Shown: positions 27,189-39,496 of the stretch, piece after piece | How positions within the stretch are numbered: position 1 is the first letter of the stretch | How the letters are laid out: each line of letters opens with the position of its first letter | Assembly (NCBI RefSeq): GCF_009914755.1 | Contig: NC_060926.1 | Reading direction: 5' to 3' (one strand) | DNA from: the human T2T-CHM13v2.0 reference genome, Homo sapiens | DNA: 64,000 nucleotides | Notes under the pieces: generated by a model | The model's database searches: none | Seen by the model: only the letters and a program-made list of their open reading frames with translations | What the model was told of the DNA's origin: nothing | Translations under genes and position numbers: made by a program

Positions 27189-27460
27189 GGACTCTCCTGC
27201 CCTGTAGAAGGGGCCGTGGGGTCCCCTCCAGCATGGGACTGGCCTGCCTCCTCCGCCCAGCTCGGCGAGCTCCTCCAGACCTCCTAGGCCTGATTGTCCT
27301 GCCAGGGTGGGCAGACAGACAGATGGACCGGCCCACACTCCCAGAGTTGCTAACATGGAGCTCTGAGATCACCCCACTTCCATCATTTCCTTCTCCCCCA
27401 ACCCAACGCTTTTTTGGATCAGCTCAGACATATTTCAGTATAAAACAGTTGGAACCACAC
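27189..27460 (+). other. DYSF: DYSF 3' UTR (about 270 nt; 3' end approximate)
   Basis: Follows the stop codon; ends about 15-20 nt after TATAAA and just before the GT-rich gtgtcagtgtgtgt. Confidence 0.8.
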
Positions 27461-27480
27461 AGCAGTGTCAGTGTGTGTAT
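27439..27480 (+). terminator. Polyadenylation signal TATAAA (variant hexamer) with downstream GU-rich element
   Basis: cagTATAAAacagttggaaccacacagcaGTGTCAGTGTGTGT; no AATAAA seen in the UTR. Confidence 0.75.
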
Positions 27481-29954
27481 CTCTACAGTACCTGAACAGG
27501 GAGTGACTGTGAAGGGGGATATGCCTGGGTGGGCGGGGAGGGTGGACGGGGTATGGGTGCTGCTTCCAGCCCAGCCTTCTGGAGGGAGAGGCAGCTGAGA
27601 AGCAGTGGGTGGGGCCCGTGGAACTGCTTCTTCTTTCACAAGACTGGTTGGGGGTGGGGTGGGCTTGGGGCTTGGTGTCTGGTTTGCCTTAGCCCCGGCC
27701 TCCTCTGCCTCCTCTCCAATCCAGGACTTTCCCCTTTCCCCCTGCCTTCTCCTTACTCGGGCACCCCCCCCGTCTCCCAGGCTGCCCTTTGCCTAGGAGG
27801 GCAGCTACCTGTATCTTCTGGTTTCTTTGACCATGCTAGGGAAGAGGTTCCATTTTATAGAAAGGGAACTCCAGTGGGGAGGGTTCGGCCAGAAATCCCC
27901 TAGGCAGGGAGGCCACTGTACCTCTGGCTTTGGCCTATTCCCATAGAATCCTGGGATTTCTTGCGATTCTCTCTCTCTGCTTCCTCTCTCTGCTTTAAGA
28001 ATCTGATCTGGACAAAGACACCTTTTTCTTGTGGTCTAAAGCTTAGTTGTAGCCATTGGTTTGACATTTCCTGCAGGAATCAGGCTTAATCTACAGAAGC
28101 AGCAGGAACATACTTGGAGAGAAAGCCAAGCGCTTGAAAACATCACGTTTCCAAGAGTCTCCTGCATCTCTCGCCTGAGGGGCTGAACTCTGTGAGCACA
28201 GAGCTGGCAGCCTCCACTCCCGTTACCCAGCGGGTGTCCCCGGTTTTCCACGGTGACCCTGCATCCTGGCCCAGTCCTCCTTGGCTCTTCACTGATTGGC
28301 AGGACTGGGGGTGGTTGGGACAGGGTTGATGTCTGGAACCTGCCTGGGTGAGGGAGCTACACCTTGAAAGCAGGGTGCTTCTTACTTCAGGAGAGCTTCA
28401 GGCTAGAGGTGGCTATGAGTCCTGAGACCCTGACACCTGAACCCTAGAGCCAGGGGCCACGCCGCACGTAGGACACAGCAGGGACTGGGGTCAGAGCTTT
28501 TCTGGGAAGGTCAGTCTGGTGCTGAGCCTTCACTGAGCACACTAAGCATGCCTGTGGGGAGGCAGTGAGAGGAGGCTGGCCTTTAGGGAGGGCTAGAGGG
28601 AGAGGAAGGAAGGGGTGGGGCCACCACTTCAGGAGGCCCCGCGAGATTTTTAGGAGAGGGAAAACCTGAGAATATTTGAAGGGAGGAAGGAGGAAGCCAC
28701 TTGTTAGGGAAAGATCAAAGACACAAGAAAGAGTATGAGGTAATTCATGGAATCAGTTTCTGGAGAAGGAGAGGAGGGGGTTTGCTTTGGAAAGAAGGTC
28801 TGTTTTGTCTTCCAGGGCGGAAAGGCAAGAGGAAATGAATGAATACCATGCAACTATCAGCTGGATTAAAAGAGCTTTAGGGGTCATTGTGCTCATTTTT
28901 TCATTTCTTCCTTCACTTTATTCTTGATTCTCTGGGTTGCAGGTAATGGAAAACCCCACTCAAGCTACGAAAGGGAATTCAATGGCTTTACAGAAATGAA
29001 ACACCCAGATGATTGGTTTCAGGTAAAGGCTGATCCAGCTCCTCAATGTGAGATCATTGAGAGTTTGTGTTCTCAAGGTTGGCTTCAGTTTAAAGCTGGC
29101 TCCATTCATCGTGCTGGGCTTGAAGCTGCTCTCTGAGACCACATAGACCACTAAGAAAAACTCAGAGGGGGATGAGGAATGGATGGCAAGGGGACACCAT
29201 CCCCAGCAAACGCGCCTTGAGATGCTCTATGTGGCAGGCCTAGAGCAAGGTCTGAGGATGAGTTGCATGTGACTCTTTGCCTTCCATAGCTCCCAGCACG
29301 GTGGGGAAATTGTTCCCTTTTGGGAGTATCAAAGAAGGAGTGCCCACTGCCCTGGGGAAGGAAGGGGCAGGAGACTCTCTCAAGAAGGGATACCATTTGA
29401 GTGGAGCATCGGACTGGCCCGGCGGCTAAGAGAGGAAAGGTGTTCTCAGTGGCAGAAGTGGAGGCTGAGTGGTGGAGCTGTCGAAGAACTCAGCTGGTTC
29501 AGGGCATGGCTGGGGAGAGTGAGCCTGGAGGGAAGTGGCCCAACAGAGAAGGAAGAGAGGCCAGGTGGCAAGGCCAGGTGGGGAGGGCCTTGCGTGTGCG
29601 GCTGAGGAGTTTGAACTTCATTATGGAGACTTGAGGAAGACCAGAAGGACTCGAAGCTGAACAGACCTTGATCAGAATCATGTTTTTCTGAAAAACCATT
29701 CTAGCTTTGTTCTTGGGAGACAGGAGTCCCCTGGGGGTACATGGGTGAGCTTCAGGTATATAAACATTATGTCAAACTGCCTTTGATGGGGTGAGGGCCC
29801 AGTGATCCCACTCGATTCTTAAAATGGTCCATGGTCACAAATGGCAAAGGACAATTTCTCAGGCTGCTGTGCGGCTGGTTGCAGAGGGCCATTCTAGAAG
29901 AGTGGTTCGCTAATCCAGGAGCCAAATGGGAAAGGTCTGAAAGGCAGGGCTCAG

Positions 29955-30170
29955 GGTGATTCATCCATTCATCCATCCATTCATTCGCGCATTAAAGAAA
30001 TATATATATCATATATGCATTGGGGGGGCTATCTGTGTACCAGGCAGGGTGGTAGGCTCTAGAGATACAATCTTGAGTAAGATAAACATGGTTCCCACCC
30101 TCCTAGAGCTCACAGTTGAGTAGAAGAGGCAGATAAGTAGATGGGCAATTACAATACACTGGTGGATGAT
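29955..30170 (-). mobile_element. L2 3' end
   Basis: ttcatccattcatccatccattcattc...tgtgtaccaggc...catggttcccaccctcctagagctcacagt. Confidence 0.75.
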
Positions 30171-30289
30171 GAGCAGGAGCTGTGGAGTCAAGAGCAGGGA
30201 TGGAAAAGACAATAGAGGGAGCAGCAGTTCAAAACCAGAAGCTGGTTCAAAGATCTCTAGGAGTTGCTACATGGGCATGGGGCCATGGT

Positions 30290-30385
30290 TTCCAGCCAGG
30301 GGCACTTTTGTCCTCCAGGGCACGTTTGGCAATGTCTGGAGATATTTTTGACTTCACAACTAGTGGGGGCAGGGGGTGGTGGTTA
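30290..30385 (+). mobile_element. MER20 fragment
   Basis: ggggcacttttgtcctccagggcacgtttggcaatgtctggagatatttttgacttcacaact. Confidence 0.75.
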
Positions 30386-30399
30386 TGAGAGGGACTGAG

Positions 30400-30725
30400 G
30401 CACCGTTAGAAAGGTTTTCTCCCCAGTAAAAAGGGGCACAAAAGGAGACACATCCTCATCTTCTGCCTCTTAATATTATGGAACAATGTAATGACTGGGG
30501 CTGTGGCTGCCATCTTGTGATCCTGAGGCGATCAGCCTGAGGAAGAAAGCCAGCACACAGAGGACGGCAGAGGAAGTGGGGAGGACCTGGTTCTTGGTGA
30601 AGCTATTGAGGAAGAACCAACCCTGAAGTCACCCTACCACCAGAGGAGACAGCTTGTGACTCAGGGCCATACATTCCTTGTAGCGTAAGCCATCTTTGGT
30701 TGGGTCCTGTGTTACCCACAGCTCC
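30400..30725 (+). mobile_element. MLT1-family (ERVL-MaLR) LTR fragment
   Basis: ggggctgtggctgccatcttgtga...gccagcacacagaggacggcagag...taagccatctttggttgggtc. Confidence 0.55.
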
Positions 30726-30792
30726 AAGCCTCCTTGCCGGCGAATTTCATTCTGCTCCTCTGAAACCGGTTTTCACTGCCATCTGCAATAAC

Positions 30793-30990
30793 CACGGCTG
30801 CCGTGCACAGGCACCACATCTAAGACATCATACGTTTATTATTTATTATAGCAATTTTCCCACAGATGGCAGTAAAGTGTTTTGTTCTAATAAAATCAGT
30901 GTGTTACAGTAGTTTTCTGATAGAAGTAAATTACCTTGAGGAAGGGGCACCTTTTTCTAATTCACACAAGGGCACAATCTAGCCTTGGTG
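30793..30990 (+). mobile_element. MER91B-like hAT-Tip100 element
   Basis: caccacatctaag...caattttcccacagatggcagtaaagtgt...gaggaaggggcacctttttctaattcacacaagggc. Confidence 0.6.
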
Positions 30991-33559
30991 GTTAAATCTG
31001 TGGGCGCTCACCCTTCACGACTCAGCTGTGGCTGACAGCACGGACGTTCTCTGCTTCTTGATCAACCTTCTGTCTGTACCCAGCTTCTGTGATACCACAG
31101 TCGCCTGGTGGTCCTCCTCTCCCTGTGGCTTGGCGTCCCTCTCTGTTCGTCTGTGATGTTCCCCAGGTCTCTTTCCCTGGCGCTGTTCTCGTATTGTATG
31201 GCTCCTAGGCACCCTCACCTGCCCCACTTTCTCTGCCTTCTACAGGTGAATGAACCCGGAATCCCTCACTGTAGCCCAGTTTCTCCCCTCCGCTGCAGGC
31301 GCCTTAGTGTACTGCTTACGCACTGGCACTATGAACTCAAACCCTCCCACTCAAAGTCTCCATCCTCCACCCCATTATAAAACTCCTGCTCTATTTTTCC
31401 CTCCACCCATCTAGTCCCTGGAGCTGCACTTGTGGGAGGCATCCTTGAGGCCTATCGCCTCTTACTCCTCATATCCAACACATCACCAAATCCCACAAAT
31501 TCTGCTTCTTGAATCTGAGTCAAGCTACTTCTTTTCCCATTACCACCATCTCCACTTATGATCAGGCCCCTAGCAGGCCAACGTCATTGAAACCCAAATG
31601 CTACTGCCTTTGGCCATTCCTCTCTCTCAGATCTTCCCTGCGTGGTTCTCCACTGCCCTCAGGAGGGAGGCCAGCCCTGCTCGCTCTCCCTGCTCACCTC
31701 TTGCCTTTCCTTCTGCCGTGCCCATCTCTTGGGTCTCAGCTTGGCCCTTTCCTCCGGGTGTTCCCCCTGTCCTGCCCTGGTGCCTGTCTGCCACACTCAG
31801 TCAACGCGGTCCCTCTTCGGTTACAGGGCTTGTTAACACTCCATTGAAACCGGCAGACTTGACTGTCCCACCCCCACCCCTGGAGTCTGCGCCTCCAGGG
31901 CTGAAATCACATCTCAATTCTTAATGAGATGTCTGCTTCCTTCACTGAAGGGACTTTACTAAGTGTTTCATTGCAAGTTTTCTTTAAATAGCCAGGCTCT
32001 CAGAGCCATTTCAAATAGGGTTTTATGTTCCTAAATTCAGTTAGTTCTCAACATTTGAGACCAATTCTTGCAGCAAGGTGGAGAATAACTCTCATCTGTG
32101 AAAGAAAAGCGGTTCAATAAAGCTTGATAAGCCTTTTGTATCCGGAATACTCAGTTCCCTGCCTTTATTTTGTCTGCTGGTGTTTTTGAGAGATTACACA
32201 CACACACACACCATTTTCTGCTCCTTTTCCAGGGCTGTGTGGATAGTCCAGGATGGGGTGATGGGAGCGTGGACAGACAGAAAGGGCTCTGAGTGTAGCC
32301 CCTGCTGTCCAGCCCACAACCCCTCCCCAGTTTGCCTCCACCCCCAGGGAACTCAAACTTGTCTCAATCCTCTCTCCATGTGTTTCATAAATTTAGGATT
32401 ATGGGATTTCCAGAGGAGCCAGGTGGGCATCCCCTGACTGGGACCCGGTGACAGCCCAGGAAACGTTTCCTGCTTTGGAAAGAGAACTGGGTGAGGGCAA
32501 GGGTTCACCCCGACACACGAGGTCCTCACACGGCTGCGAGCTATTGAAATGAGTGACGCCAACCTTCCCCTCTCCCCTTTCCCCATGTGCTTTTGTTCCT
32601 CCCTCCAGGGAAAAATAGCTACGGCTCCTATTCCCTGTGGCTTGGCCCAGCATGGCTTGCAGACTCTGTTTCTCTGCCTTTGTTTTGGTCTCGGTTTTTC
32701 ATGGGGTCGGGGGTGTGTGTGCGACAGAGAGACAGCAGATGAGGCAGATGCAGAGAGAAACAGACTCATGGTGAGGGGCAGAGACAGAATGACAGTGGCA
32801 GCCGGGGACAGGAACAAGACCAAGAACCTCACGCAATCGCCGGAGCATTTCCTCCACGTGCTCCTCATCCAGGCAGCTCCGGAGCCACACCATTCTGCTG
32901 GCGCCCAGGCTTACCGCTTGCCCCTGCTGGCCGGTTCTCCCTGTTTCCACCACCCGCCTAGCCTGGAGCCTGCCTCTGCTTCATGCTCTTCGGACTCCCT
33001 CCTCAGACTCCCACCTCGCATTCCTGTGGGGGATCGGGGCCCCCCTGGGGGGACTTTGTGGAGCCCACTTGTGTCCTCATTGAGCTCAGGTCTAGGTAGG
33101 ACACTCTTCCCTTTACGTCAACAGAGGTGTTCTGGGATCTTTTCTAAAGGAACTTGACCGAGAACCAAGGGCAAAACAAAAGAGCGAAATACACAAATCA
33201 CTCACATGTATAAAGGGTAATACATTTTTAAAATACCTGCTGGTGTATTTTGCCTCTTTGTGATCTGTTTTTCCCTCTCCCTCCCCTGGAGCACTTTTAC
33301 CATCCGGGCTTACTGCCTGTAGAAGAGGACGAGGTCAAAGATGCCTCAGGATACAGAAGACAGAAAGATACCCTGAAACCCCAGGAAAAGTGCCCCTCTC
33401 AGCTCTCATTGGAGCCACTGGCCTGGGAGCTCTCCCCCAACCTTGCAGATCCAGATGCAGCTAGGAGGCTCCGTGTGGCAGCAGCACATCAGGGCCAAAG
33501 CCTTCTTCAGTCTAAAAAGGGATTCCCAGCCTAACAGATGCCTGGACGGCAGAGATCTT

Positions 33560-33790
33560 CCTCCAGCCTGGTGGTTAAGGGCATGAAGTTTGGAATCAGT
33601 CACACAGTGGCCCAAGTCCTGCCCCTGCCACTGAGCGATGTGACCTCGGGCAAGTCGTGTGACCTCTAGGCCTCAGTTTTCTCATCTGAAACATGGGAAT
33701 GATGATGGCTTTTCCCTCATCGGGTGTTGTGAGGACTACCTGAGATGATGCATAGCAGGTACTTAACATATGAGATCTGTAATCATTCAC
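33560..33790 (+). mobile_element. MIR
   Basis: gtggttaagggcatg...tgtgacctcgggcaagtc...cctcagttttctcatctgaaacatggg. Confidence 0.8.
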
Positions 33791-36269
33791 TTAAACAAGG
33801 AGCTCTGTCTGTCCTGCGTGCTGGGGAGGAGGCAAGGGTTAAAGAAGACGGAGCAGTGGGGAGATGGCTCCCCTTGTTGGGAGGCTCCTCCAGTGTGGGG
33901 CGATGTTGACTCATTTCTCCATCTAGAAAGGGCTGGGCTTTCTCCCTAGAAATGGGGAGGGACCGCAGAGAAACTGCAGCTGCCTTGATGTCCCGGCAGT
34001 GCCCTCCACCCAACCCTGTCTCGGCCATCATGTCTGGGCTTTCCTTTCACAGCTAGCTAGCAGTGTGACTTTGGTTATTCCACATGCGGCCTTCAGGTGT
34101 GCTGTCACCTCAGATGATCACAATGGGGGACCCTCCAGATATGTACACTGAAGACCCCTTGTATAGACCCACTCATGCAGCTGGTTATGCCCGGCCACAC
34201 TCCAACTCACCCAGGACACACCCATACTCCCTCAGACCCATTCACAGCACAGGCATCAACACAGCAAGCACCCAAGTGTGCTCTCCGCACATACATTTCC
34301 TCTCCGTGTGTGTGTGCGTGTGTGCGTGCTTCACATTGTCGGCCAGAATATGCTCTGGAAACCCAAGCAGAAAGGAGCATGTGAATGTGGCCATCAGGGA
34401 TAAATTAATCCCAGACATATAAAGGGTTTTTTTTTTTTTTTTTCATTCTCGGCCCTACTGCAAATTCAATTATGACTCTCTGCCAGCTACTGAACTGAGG
34501 GGACAAGCAAGTACGTGGCTGAGCCTGGAAAATGGGACAGGGCAGGGGATCCTTCTGAATCCACACCCTCATTCCGCTTCCCTGCTGTCCAGGATCCGGG
34601 AGAGAGTTGCAGGGATTCCTGGATTCCCTACACCAGTCAGATCATGGGGCAGCAGCAAGGTGCCATCCAAGATGTGGAGCTAATGGAAGCAGAGCTGCCT
34701 TCTGGGAGCTGAACTAGGAAGGGACTGCGTGCGGGCTCAGAGCATAGACTGGCAAAGGCTTGCCGAGGAGGCCACTGGTCCCAGGTCCTGGCAACTCTTA
34801 ATGGCCCATGCATTCACCCACCCAGGGAGAAAAACGTGAGTCTCAGACACCCACCTTGACAATGTCCAGGGAAGAGAGGCTTGGCTTGTGACTCCAGGGC
34901 AAGACTTTCTATCCCCCATGGCTATTGGGGTGTGGCCATGATATGTCCCTTGCCCTCCACATTCCCAGGCAGCCTTCTGATGGTGCTGTGGCTCCCGGTA
35001 CAGGCCTGTTTGCAGGCGGTGCATGTGTAAATTATGCTGATGCAAGCTGTGTTTCCCACTGTGCATTCACATGGGGGCATTTTGGCTTCTATGCCCCTCT
35101 CTGAGCTCTGCTAAGGAGAGTCTGCCCCTTTGGGGACACACTCTGGACCCACCTTCCTCAGACCCACACAGTCAGGGGTCTTAGCCTGCAAGCATGCCTA
35201 GGCTAGGAGCCCTCCTAGGTCGAGAATGTCCCTGGAGAGGCCTGCCGGGGGAGACATGACCAGCCTCTCCTTGGAGACGCCCATCTCATGGGATCGGGGA
35301 GGTTGGGCATTCATGTCCACCCAGGCTAGGAATGAGGTGCATCTCCTGTCAGACCTAGGAGCAGTCCTCTGTGACATAGCTGCCTCCTCCTCTTCTTCCA
35401 GAGGGGAGGGCCGCGATGGGGAGTCAGTTACTTTAAGGGAATCCCTTACGGTCTTTGAATTGGGCTTGATTGCATAAGAATGCCCAGAGGAGGCCAGGTG
35501 GAAGCCAGTTTTGAAAGAGGAGAGACGAATTGGAGGAGATTCGATTTGCTGTTGTTTCTCAGGTGGTGGTGAGGTGGTGTGAGTGGTCAGTCGGGGTGTC
35601 TGAGGCTGGGAGGAAGGAGAGTGATGGAGAAATTTGGTCCTGGTAGGGGAGCCGAGGCCCCCAGGGGAAAGCCCCCACAGGAAGCGGTCCCTTGGAGAGA
35701 AGTCCAGGGCCTGGAGGAGCAGGCCTCAGACTGGAAGCGGGGGCTCTGCCGCTCCCTGGGGTCCTCTGGGGCCTCCTTAAGTAACCTAGGCCTGGCCAAG
35801 GAGAGCTGGGTTTTCACAGTAAGACTCAGGCTGCCAGAAGAATGAAAAGAATGGGCCTGAGGGAGCACCTCCGCCATGGATGGGAGGAGGGAGGAGGACA
35901 GGGAAGGAGCAGAGGCCCGTGTGTGTTGTGGGCAGCCGCACCAGCCCTGGGTCAGCATCCAGTCTGCCTTCCCTGGGGTCTCTGCATGGCAGAGGCTCCA
36001 CACCCTGTATAGTCAGGCTGCTTCAGGTGCCTGGGACTCACATCCCACCAGGCCAGGCTCCCGGGCCCTCACCCAGGACGAGCCCTCCTCTCCACCCCTT
36101 TCCTTTTCCCTCCTATCTGCACCAGGTAAGGGAGCTTTGGAGAGGAGGGAGGAGCAGGAGCAGGGTGCTCCCCAGAAGCTAGCCCTTCCCCCACCCCCCA
36201 GAGATGGCTCATTCAGGGCTGAGGATGAAGTTTGAGACTGGCCCGCCTCCAGGCTGGTCAGAGAGGGAG

Positions 36270-36460
36270 CCCCAGCTACCGAGTGCCAACTATGTGTCAG
36301 GCACTGTGCTAGGCACGATGCCACCTTTAGTCCTCACCTGTGAGAGATAGCTATTATGAGCCCCATTTTAGAGATGAGAAAAGTGAGTCTCAGGGAGGTC
36401 ACGCAGCTGTTAACGAAAGGCAACCCCAGCCACGTGGACTCAAAATGTTTGCTTTTCGTG
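36270..36460 (-). mobile_element. MIR
   Basis: ctatgtgtcaggcactgtgctagg...ccccattttagagatgagaaaagtgag. Confidence 0.75.
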
Positions 36461-36629
36461 CTACCCCACCTCCTGACTCTGCCCCCAGCACAGTCACCCC
36501 GCCCCAACCAATCTCACATCTGCTGACTTCCAGGCTGGATCCAGAACTCCCACCAGGTGGGTAGGGGTGGGACGCAGGAGGCAGGTGGGGGCCATTGTGT
36601 AGAGGTAGTGTTGGCACTGTGAAGCTTGC

Positions 36630-37030
36630 AGTTTTTTCATTCACTCAACAAATACTTACTGAACAACACCTGTGCCCAGGCTCTGTTCTAAGCACAAACT
36701 TCTTGCCCTTGTAAAAGCTCCTGGTCAGGGAGTCAGATGAGAAACAATTTCAAGCGGTGATAAGGGAGCATTAGGAGGAAAAATAAAGCCAGGTGAGGAG
36801 ATAAATAAACAAATCACTACGATGGGAACTAAACGAATGAGCCTTTTTAGATGGGAGAGGGGAGAAGCCTTCTGGAAATGTGAAGCAGAAGCAGAAACCT
36901 GGCTGAAGGACAAAAGTGAGCCATGCAAAACCTGGGGGACAGCATCGCAGTGGGGGGCGCAGCAATTGCCAAGGGCCTGAGGCAGGACTGAGCTTGGCTT
37001 GACTGTGTTTGTACTGCCTGGAAGTGGGGC
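36630..37030 (-). mobile_element. L2 fragment
   Basis: tcattcactcaacaaatacttactgaac...gtgagccatgcaaaacctgggg...aagggcctgaggcagg. Confidence 0.7.
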
Positions 37031-37329
37031 CTTCAGCCCTCTGTGGCTCATCGGAAACTTTGGGCCAGGGAAGGTGTTTCTGCTCATTCCTATCTGCTCC
37101 CTGCTTGGCTCTTTCTAGGACCAAAGCGGGTGTCTTTAACCCCTCTAGGCTGAGCTGGCAAGACAAGTACAGAGCCCCCTTGGCCGTCTTTTTCCCGTGG
37201 TTGGCCACCTGGCCCCCGGCCTGGGCTTGGGAAATGCTTCCGGAGTTCACACTCCTCACTGCCCACTCTGAACCCCGCTGGCGATCAGGGCAGCACACTA
37301 TTTCCAGATGGGCATGGGAGACTGTTTTA

Positions 37330-37740
37330 TTTTTAAAAATAGCTTTTGTTGGTTTTTGTCTTATTACAAAAGTAATATTTGTTCATTATAGAAACTGGAG
37401 AAAACAGCTAGCAAAAGGAAGAGTATAAAACAGCCACTAATCCTATTACCCAGAGAGAACCACTGCTGGCACTTGGGTATCTCCAGAATTTTCCATGTGA
37501 GTATAAAGTATATGTTAGTATTTTTTTAAAAATGTGATCTCACTGTGCAGAGTGGTTTGTAACCACTGTACCATGAACACCCATCCGCGTCTACATATTC
37601 ATCTATAACATGATTTTATGGCTGTATAATCATTGATCACTCGGAGGAACCATGGTGTATTTAGTCAGGGCTCCTATTGATGGATTTTAGGTAGTTTCCT
37701 TTTGCTTTCTTATTGAGCATCTTGTCTGCAGGGCTTTTCC
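37330..37740 (-). mobile_element. L1ME4-like fragment
   Basis: ttattacaaaagtaatatttgttcattatagaaa...taatcctattacccagagagaaccactg...ctattgatggattttaggtagttt. Confidence 0.6.
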
Positions 37741-39103
37741 ATGGCCATCCTAGGTGGCTGTTTTGAAGTGGCTAAGCAGTCATTGAGATATAAGGGCAGG
37801 ATAAGAAGCCTCAGAAGGCCAGAGGTCCTGACGGGTCTGGGGTGTGTAGGTGAGTCCCTGCTTCCTTGTCTAAGGCAGGGATCTTTTAAGTGTCTCAGAC
37901 ACCCCTAGGCAAAAGGTGAATCACTAGAAAGACTGAGGAGATAGGATTAAACCGGGAAAGTGGTGTCTTCCCTACAAGCAGTGCCGCCATAGAGGAAGGA
38001 CACTCTGGCCTTCCGCCTGCCTCAGGGCACCTCCACGACCCCTGCCCATAGTAGGCTGGGGTGGGGGATAGTGGGAGGAATGAGGTCACCGGTCAGGAGG
38101 GGTGGGGTGGTGAGGATCACCTGCCTCCTCTGCGGAAGGCATTACGGGAAAGCTGGGGATGGGGATGCGGGTGGGGGATATGAGGTGAGGCCCCCAGGGA
38201 TGTGTAGATGTAGCGTGGATGAGAGGGGCTGTCTGGGTGTCACCAAGGGTGAAAAACCTCCTTTGCCTTCTTCATGAGGCTGCCTCTGATTTCTCCATCA
38301 GGGCGGGCTTGGAGCTCCTGCTTTCATGGTTGTATCTCCTCAGGGCCTTTACCCCCTGCTGCTTACATTAACAGGAATAATTCGGGCCAGCCTGCACTTG
38401 ACTCCAGCTCTCTGGCTTCTCTCCCCGCCATCTGTGAGGCCTGGGGCATTTCTGTCCCTGCTCCCCCTAGTCAAACGCGGTCAGGTCATCAGAGCTCCTT
38501 CAGTTCCTATGAGGTTCAGATGCCAGGAATGTGGAATGTGGCACCTGGTAGATGCTCAGCTTTAAAATCTTCTTTTACATTTTCTTATCCCACCTTTGAC
38601 TAAATATTTAAGGGGATGTAAAGCATCTTCATCTCTGTGCCTCCCCAGGGATTGTCTCTAAACCTCTCCCTGGGAGGTGGACAACACTTCACTGGGGTAT
38701 GGGAAGAAAACATTCACAAATCCAATCTGTTACTCTTTCTTAATATATGATGTTTGGCTAGACCTTGGACGCCACTTATGCCATGTGACTTATGGTCATG
38801 TATTCTATGCTAAGTGCATAGGAGTCCTAAGGGAAGGCAGTGGTAGCGCCACCCTTGTTTTTCAGCTTTTGGTGTATGGCTTTTTGTGTCTTAGCTTTTG
38901 GTGTGAACCTGGTTAGTTAAGGGGATTTAGAGATTACACATTGTGGATTTAACTAAAGTAACCCTCACAGAAATGGACACACAGCTTAAAATAATTCCTG
39001 CCATGGAACTACTCTGATTGAAATTAAGCTAAGCGTACAAACAGGTGACAATGGTGGATGGGAGATAAGCTAACCATGTGAAGTAGAAACGAGGGCACAG
39101 CTA

Positions 39104-39496
<393 letters not shown>

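Noticed and set aside
27186-27195. Stop-codon readthrough of DYSF
   Set aside because: Context is TGA-GGAC, not the TGA-CTAG readthrough motif.
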